Assembly: GCA_002269645.1 (NCBI GenBank)
Contig: NIVC01000201.1
Coordinates: 310,001 to 374,000 of the forward strand
Origin: Macrostomum lignano
Taxonomy: Eukaryota
Direction of reading: 5' to 3'
Length of the DNA: 64,000 bases
Both the position numbers and the translations under genes were made by a program. How positions within the stretch are numbered: the first letter of the stretch is position 1; each line of letters begins with the position of its first letter. Below are positions 63,430-64,000 of this stretch, one piece after another. The notes under the pieces are model-generated. The model was given only the letters and a program-made list of their open reading frames with translations. It was not told where the DNA came from and ran no database searches.

Positions 63430-63975
63430 TCATAGCTGCAGCCGAACAGGTTCGTGCCCTGTGTCCGATAAAAACCCGACAAAGTCGGGCACAGACAGGG
63501 ACAAAGTGGCGGCATTGCAGCCCACCGGGTGGCAGTTCAGCTGTTCAGTTTCTGCCGGCTCCAGCAGCGCGGAGTCACACAGGAAGGTCACCAACTTAGC
63601 CGCATCGTTAGCCAAAGCCAGCGGAGTCACGCAGCCCTGCCTGACACCCAGCGTGTCTAACAGGGTCGGCTCCTCAGCCAGGCGGAAACTGCCAGCCGCG
63701 AGGCCAGCAGGTAGCCGCTTGTGCAGGTCCGACAGGCGGATTTGAGCGTCGTGACGAGCCGACAGCAGAAACAGCCGGCGCTTCTTGTCCTTGAGAAACA
63801 GATTCTTCAGGGTGCAGCCCGGCAGCTTGGCCACCGCCGGCTGCTGCAGCATCGCGTCCACGGTGAACACCTCATCGTGAGCCACTATGGAGTGGGAGAT
63901 GCCCAGCTGAGTCAGGTAGGCCGAGGTCTCCGAGCTGTGGCGGGCGATTGTGGCAGAGTCTGGTTGAAGCTGCAT
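63430..63975 (-). CDS. PRORSD1: YbaK/ProX-family aminoacyl-tRNA deacylase, PRORSD1 (PrdX) homolog, 181 aa, intronless
   Basis: Motifs HDEVFTVDAM, KNLFLKDKK, LGVRQGCVTPLALAND, HPVGCNAATLSLS and GHEP. Confidence 0.88.
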   Translation of the reverse strand: MQLQPDSATIARHSSETSAYLTQLGISHSIVAHDEVFTVDAMLQQPAVAKLPGCTLKNLFLKDKKRRLFLLSARHDAQIRLSDLHKRLPAGLAAGSFRLAEEPTLLDTLGVRQGCVTPLALANDAAKLVTFLCDSALLEPAETEQLNCHPVGCNAATLSLSVPDFVGFLSDTGHEPVRLQL

Positions 63976-64000
63976 ACTTCTCGGAGTTAAGGGGTTCTAC

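Overview
Eukaryotic (animal) genomic DNA. Evidence: spliceosomal GT-AG introns, TTAGGG-type repeats, and homologs of HSPBAP1, MFSD6 and PRORSD1; an invertebrate such as a flatworm is plausible but cannot be established from the sequence. The left 48 kb is almost entirely mobile DNA: an intact CACTA/EnSpm-type transposase, and an 11-exon Helitron Rep-helicase gene with an N-terminal OTU protease domain, paired with a divergently transcribed RPA70-like OB-fold gene. It also holds several MITEs and three non-autonomous Helitrons joined head-to-tail (CTAG|TC junctions), whose internal 21-22 bp minisatellite grows from about 1.2 to 2.4 to 9.6 kb. The right 16 kb holds three host genes with intronic minisatellites, a SINE and a nested Harbinger derivative. 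The most striking unannotated element is at 61781-63180: a near-perfect 390 bp tandem array carrying four type I hammerhead ribozymes with a palindromic minimal helix III, i.e. a candidate retrozyme producing self-cleaving and possibly circular RNA. All exon models and structures were derived by eye; no searches were run.
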